Origin: Escherichia coli
GTDB taxonomy: Bacteria; Pseudomonadota; Gammaproteobacteria; Enterobacterales; Enterobacteriaceae
Assembly (NCBI RefSeq): GCF_003334255.1
Contig: NZ_QOWU01000129.1
Reading direction: 5' to 3' (one strand)
DNA length: 2,959 nt
Part shown: positions 1-2,959 of the stretch, piece by piece
Layout of the letters: the number at the start of each line of letters is the position of its first letter
Position numbering within the stretch: position 1 is the stretch's first letter
Position numbers and translations under genes: made by a program
Notes under the pieces: generated by a model
Seen by the model: the letters and a program-made list of their open reading frames with translations, nothing else
Told to the model about the DNA's origin: nothing
Database searches by the model: none

Positions 1-1
1 G

Positions 2-841
2 TGGCTTGCGCAGTGCGGGCTGACGGTGGAGCAACTGGCCAGACAGGTGGAGCCGGAATACACACCGGCGCGAAAAGTTCATTTTTACCACTGCGACCAC
101 CGGGGCCTGCCGCTGGCGCTCATCAGCGAAGACGGCAATACGGCGTGGCGCGGGGAGTATGATGAATGGGGCAACCAGCTTAATGAGGAGAACCCGCATC
201 ACCTGCACCAGCCGTACCGTCTGCCAGGGCAGCAGCATGATGAGGAGTCGGGGCTGTACTATAACCGTCACCGGCACTACGATCCGTTGCAGGGGCGGTA
301 TATCACCCCGGACCCGATTGGGTTGAGAGGTGGATGGAATATGTATCAGTATCCGTTGAATCCCATACAAGTGATAGACCCAATGGGGTTAGATGCGATT
401 GAGAATATGACATCAGGTGGACTAATTTATGCCGTATCTGGTGTACCTGGATTGATTGCTGCAAACAGCATTACTAACAGTGCTTACCAGTTCGGTTATG
501 ATATGGATGCTATTGTTGGCGGAGCTCATAATGGGGCCGCCGATGCAATGAGACATTGTTACTTGATGTGTCGAATGACTAAGACATTTGGATCAACAAT
601 AGCTGACGTGATAGGTAAAAATCATGAGGCGGCAGGGGATAGACAAGGTCAGCCAGCTAAAGAAAGAATCATGGATCTTAAAAATAACACTGTCGGTATT
701 GCTTGTGGCGATTTTTCTGCCAAATGTAGCGATGCATGTATTGAAAAATATAACACTGGGCAACTCTTCGGGTTAGATGGTATAAAAGCAGATAATCCAA
801 TAAAAGCAAAGCAAGGGAGTTCAGATGCTTCAAATTATTAG
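2..841 (+). CDS. Rhs-family protein, C-terminal portion (5'-partial; start lies upstream of the window): end of conserved Rhs core plus variable C-terminal toxin domain
   Basis: Frame 2 is open from the window edge (nt 2) to TAG at 839-841; the ORF-track start at 26 is a GTG inside a longer open frame. The translation ([58 protein letters not shown]...[47 protein letters not shown]) matches from memory the conserved end of enterobacterial Rhs core domains, including the YD-repeat-like YDEWGN and the PxxxxDPxGL motif. Possibly rhsE-like; unverified. Confidence 0.9.
   Translation, partial: WLAQCGLTVEQLARQVEPEYTPARKVHFYHCDHRGLPLALISEDGNTAWRGEYDEWGNQLNEENPHHLHQPYRLPGQQHDEESGLYYNRHRHYDPLQGRYITPDPIGLRGGWNMYQYPLNPIQVIDPMGLDAIENMTSGGLIYAVSGVPGLIAANSITNSAYQFGYDMDAIVGGAHNGAADAMRHCYLMCRMTKTFGSTIADVIGKNHEAAGDRQGQPAKERIMDLKNNTVGIACGDFSAKCSDACIEKYNTGQLFGLDGIKADNPIKAKQGSSDASNY
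362..391 (+). other. Rhs core / C-terminal-domain boundary motif PxxxxDPxGL ([10 protein letters not shown])
   Basis: Direct translation of nt 362-391 gives [10 protein letters not shown]. In Rhs and related polymorphic toxins this motif marks the autoproteolytic junction between the conserved core and the variable toxin tip (established knowledge for the family). Confidence 0.85.
392..838 (+). other. variable Rhs C-terminal (CT) toxin domain, ~149 aa, family unassigned
   Basis: Sequence downstream of DPMGL ([149 protein letters not shown]). GC content drops visibly relative to the core segment (by eye, not computed). Position directly after the boundary motif and directly before a small coupled ORF is typical of Rhs-CT toxin domains. 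Confidence 0.7.
813..819 (+). promoter_or_regulatory. Shine-Dalgarno (AAGGGAG) for the ORF starting at 825
   Basis: AAGGGAG at 813-819, 5-nt spacer (TTCAG), then ATG at 825-827. It lies inside the 3' end of the Rhs coding sequence. Confidence 0.6.
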
Positions 842-1307
842 AGGCAAACTTGTCATTTTTTTAATTACCCTTTGTTTATTTGTTGTTTACCTTGGGTTTG
901 ATAACAATTCAAATTCTGACATCGTATTTTATGGACATAAAACACCAAAGAGCGTTGAGATATATCTTTCTGAAAAAAATATTATTTATAAAATAATTAA
1001 TGACCAAAAAATTAGTAGAGGGAATGGTCATTTTATAAGTATAATGGTTAATAATTACAGGACGCACTGTGGAGTGGTTGATATAAATCTTAATTTTTTC
1101 AATGATATTCTTTATAGCGTGCGATTAAAAAACATTAGTAAACTGGAGAATATGGAGTTCTGCGCTACAAAACAACGGGTGTATTTTAGTGATAAAAACA
1201 AGAAGGCTAGTTATAAAATAATTAATTATGGAGACTATTATGATGTTGATTATTATGATAACAATTTGAAAAATGAAGTTTTTGACTGGATTGGTAAATG
1301 GTCATAA
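825..1307 (+). CDS. putative cognate immunity protein of the Rhs-CT toxin; small protein with N-terminal signal-anchor / TM helix
   Basis: 160-codon ORF, ATG 825 to TAA 1305-1307, with a strong SD and a start that overlaps the upstream stop by 17 nt (translational coupling). The N-terminus [32 protein letters not shown] has a positively charged n-region followed by a ~17-residue hydrophobic stretch. The region is extremely AT-rich. Functional call rests on synteny with the toxin, not on recognised homology. Possibly ydcD-like (160 aa) from memory; unverified. Confidence 0.7.
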   Translation: MLQIIRGKLVIFLITLCLFVVYLGFDNNSNSDIVFYGHKTPKSVEIYLSEKNIIYKIINDQKISRGNGHFISIMVNNYRTHCGVVDINLNFFNDILYSVRLKNISKLENMEFCATKQRVYFSDKNKKASYKIINYGDYYDVDYYDNNLKNEVFDWIGKWS

Positions 1308-1384
1308 TGAACAACACCAGAAAGAGAAAAATATAAAATACATACAGAAAGACATGAGAGCAAGGGACGGGGCAGGGCAAGATC

Positions 1385-1416
1385 ATGAAAATTGTGATGT
1401 AAATCACGATTTTCAT
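1385..1416. repeat. inverted repeat / hairpin (14-bp arms, 4-nt GTAA loop); candidate weak intrinsic terminator or protein-binding palindrome
   Basis: ATGAAAATTGTGAT (1385-1398), GTAA (1399-1402), ATCACGATTTTCAT (1403-1416). The arms pair along all 14 positions with a single G-T (G-U wobble in RNA) at 1393/1408. It lies 77 nt downstream of the immunity-ORF stop and is followed by CTTTGCTTT. The stem is AT-rich, so a terminator role is uncertain. Confidence 0.45.
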
Positions 1417-1419
1417 CTT

Positions 1420-2640
1420 TGCTTTAACGCCTACAGGTGATCAAAATTTAACCTTTGGAATAACTAAAAAGATAAAAAAGGACGCCAGGTGAGTATTCAA
1501 AGTTTGCTTGATTATATTTCAGTGACCCCTGATATACGACAACAAGGAAAGGTTAAACATAAATTATCTGCTATTTTGTTTCTCACCGTATGTGCAGTAA
1601 TTGCAGGTGCCGATGAGTGGCAGGAAATTGAAGATTTTGGACATGAAAGACTTGAATGGCTAAAGAAATATGGTGATTTTGATAATGGCATTCCGGTCGA
1701 TGACACCATTGCACGCGTTGTGAGTAACATTGACAGTTTGGCCTTTGAAAAGATGTTTATTGAATGGATGCAGGAGTGCCATGAAATCACTGATGGTGAA
1801 ATTATAGCAATAGATGGAAAGACCATAAGAGGCTCCTTTGATAAGGGAAAAAGAAAAGGAGCAATCCATATGGTGAGTGCATTCTCGAACGAAAATGGTG
1901 TTGTACTGGGGCAGGTGAAAACGGAAGCCAAAAGTAATGAGATTACAGCCATTCCAGAGTTGCTTAACCTACTGTATTTAAAGAAAAATTTGATAACCAT
2001 TGATGCTATGGGCTGTCAGAAAGATATCGCTTCGAAGATCAAAGATAAAAAAGCAGATTATCTTCTGGCAGTAAAAGGCAATCAGGGGGAATTACATCAT
2101 GCATTCGAGGAAAAATTTCCTGTAAATGTGTTTTCTAATTATAAAGGCGATTCGTTTAGTACGCAGGAGATAAGTCATGGAAGAAAAGAAACACGTTTGC
2201 ATATTGTCAGTAACGTAACGCCTGAACTTTTGTGATTTTGAATTCGAATGGAAGGGATTAAAAAAGCTTTGTGTAGCATTGTCATTCAGGCAGAAGAAAG
2301 AAGATAAATCAGCAGAAGGTGTAAGCATCCGATATTATATTTCATCAAAGGATATGGATACTAAAGAATTTGCACATGCTATCAGAGCGCACTGGCTGAT
2401 CGAGCACAGTCTTCATTGGGTGTTAGATGTAAAAATGAATGAAGATGCCAGCCGGATAAGAAGAGGAAACGCAGCCTAAATAATATCTGGAATAAAGAAG
2501 ATGGCACTGAATTTATTAAGAGATTGCAAAGACATTAAGGGTGAAGAGGAAAAGAAAGAAGGCTGCGTTAAACACAGGGAAAGATCATCAGAAGTTCACT
2601 TTTTGTACTAAACAATTCGCATTTTATGTTTAAAAATTGA
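1420..2640 (+). mobile_element. degenerate ISAs1-family (H-repeat-like) insertion sequence; element ends NOT mapped, coordinates approximate
   Basis: Inferred from the decayed ISAs1-type transposase gene it contains (1489-2633). Terminal inverted repeats were not identified by eye. Confidence 0.4.
1489..2633 (+). pseudogene. ISAs1-family transposase (H-repeat-associated-protein-like), disrupted by two frameshifts and one in-frame stop
   Basis: Frame 1 (GTG 1489 to TGA 2233-2235) encodes a 248-aa N-terminal part with clear similarity to the second copy at 2719 and, from memory, to E. coli H-repeat-associated proteins (YhhI/YdcC/YbfD type). Motifs include ILFLTVCAVIAGADEWQEIEDFG, YGDFDNGIPVDDTIARVV, IAIDGKT, SNEITAIPELL, ITIDAMGCQKDIA and LAVKGNQG. 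Homology continues in frame 2 from ~2234 ([13 protein letters not shown]...RYYISS...[29 protein letters not shown]), is interrupted by in-frame TAA at 2477-2479, continues (IISGIKKMALNLLRDCKDIKG), then shifts to frame 3 near 2540-2544 (KRKRKKAALNTG...) and ends at TAA 2631-2633. Reconstructed length is ~380 codons. Possible RBS AAGGA at 1477-1481. Confidence 0.85.
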
Positions 2641-2706
2641 GATATTCCTTATTACCTAAAGCTGTTTTTTATTGCTTACACATGATCAAATACTCCTTAC
2701 ATAATT

Positions 2707-2712
2707 AAGGAG
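2707..2712 (+). promoter_or_regulatory. Shine-Dalgarno (AAGGAG) for the transposase ORF starting at 2719
   Basis: AAGGAG at 2707-2712, 6-nt spacer, ATG at 2719-2721. Confidence 0.6.
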
Positions 2713-2718
2713 AACAAA

Positions 2719-2959
2719 ATGGAACTTAAAAAATTGATGGGACATATTTCTATTATCCCCGATTACAGACAAGCCTGGAAAATGGAACATAAGTTATCGG
2801 ATATTCTACTGTTGACTATTTGTGCCGTTATTTCTGGTGCAGAAGGCTGGGAAGATATAGAGGATTTTGGGGAAACACATCCCGATTTTTTGAAGCAATA
2901 TGGTGATTTTGAAAATGGTATTCCTGTTCACGATACCATTGCCAGAGTTGTATCCTGTA
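2719..2959 (+). CDS. ISAs1-family transposase / H-repeat-associated protein, N-terminal 80 codons (3'-partial, runs off window)
   Basis: Not in the supplied ORF track because there is no stop before the window end. My translation: [80 protein letters not shown]. It is open through 2958 and is near-identical, from memory, to the N-terminus of E. coli H-repeat-associated proteins (YhhI/YdcC/YbfD paralog group; the paralog cannot be distinguished from this fragment). Strong SD upstream. Confidence 0.9.

Larger units (their letters stand above)
2640..2959 (+). mobile_element. left portion of a second ISAs1-family / H-repeat element (3'-partial, left end not mapped; start coordinate approximate)
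   Basis: Contains the SD and N-terminal 80 codons of an apparently intact H-repeat-type transposase; the element boundary is inferred only. Confidence 0.4.

Noticed and set aside
26-28. GTG at 26 as the true start of the first ORF
   Set aside because: The frame is open upstream to the window edge, and the upstream codons (WLAQCGLT) continue the conserved Rhs core. The gene is 5'-truncated by the window rather than starting here.
1385-1402. Five-codon mini-ORF ATGAAAATTGTGATGTAA (M-K-I-V-M-stop) as a leader peptide
   Set aside because: It coincides with one arm of the palindrome, so the ATG is a by-product of the repeat; only a weak G-rich stretch upstream and no attenuator-like alternative structures were seen. 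Too speculative to call.
1222-1416. Minus-strand 64-aa ORF (MKIVIYITIFMILPCP...)
   Set aside because: It overlaps the 3' end of the better-supported plus-strand immunity ORF and the intergenic hairpin, and its ATG is simply the reverse complement of one hairpin arm. Low-complexity hydrophobic translation typical of antisense AT-rich DNA; no convincing RBS.
1417-1447. Sigma70-like promoter (TTGCTT ... CAAAAT) upstream of the decayed transposase
   Set aside because: The -10 match is poor (4/6) and many such matches occur by chance in AT-rich DNA; it cannot be supported without TSS data.
1660-1869. Minus-strand 69-aa ORF
   Set aside because: Nested antisense within the transposase-homologous region; most likely a chance open frame.
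1512-2000. Minus-strand 162-aa ORF antisense to the transposase pseudogene
   Set aside because: Entirely antisense to a region with clear transposase homology on the plus strand; Ser/Phe-rich low-complexity product; no independent support.
2092-2328. Minus-strand 78-aa ORF
   Set aside because: Antisense to the transposase pseudogene and spanning its frameshift site; no homology or RBS support.
2279-2479. Plus-strand 66-aa ORF as an independent small gene
   Set aside because: Its ATG is internal to continuous transposase homology that begins in frame 2 about 45 nt earlier ([13 protein letters not shown]...). It is the C-terminal segment of the frameshifted ISAs1 transposase, not a separate gene.
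1-2959. CRISPR arrays, tRNA or rRNA genes
   Set aside because: No regularly spaced direct repeats and no tRNA-like or rRNA-like conserved segments were seen anywhere in the window.

Overview
This window looks like the 3' end of an Rhs polymorphic-toxin locus followed by insertion-sequence debris. (1) Positions 2-841 (+) are the 5'-truncated end of an Rhs-family gene: the GC-rich conserved core ends at a PxxxxDPxGL boundary motif ([10 protein letters not shown], nt 362-391) and is followed by a ~150-codon, lower-GC variable C-terminal domain that I cannot assign to a toxin family by eye. (2) Positions 825-1307 (+) are a very AT-rich 160-codon ORF that overlaps the Rhs stop, has a strong Shine-Dalgarno, and encodes a small protein with an N-terminal hydrophobic signal-anchor; it is the candidate cognate immunity protein. 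(3) Positions 1489-2633 (+) are a decayed ISAs1-family (H-repeat-associated-like) transposase gene carrying two frameshifts and one in-frame stop. (4) Positions 2719-2959 (+) are the first 80 codons of a second, apparently intact ISAs1/H-repeat transposase that runs off the window. No tRNA, rRNA or CRISPR array was seen. From memory the arrangement resembles Escherichia coli rhs loci (possibly the rhsE-ydcD-yncI-ydcC type), but I cannot verify that without a database search, so gene symbols are left blank. The most interesting element is the toxin tip plus membrane-anchored immunity candidate, whose biochemical activity is not evident from sequence; whether it is previously undescribed cannot be decided without a search.
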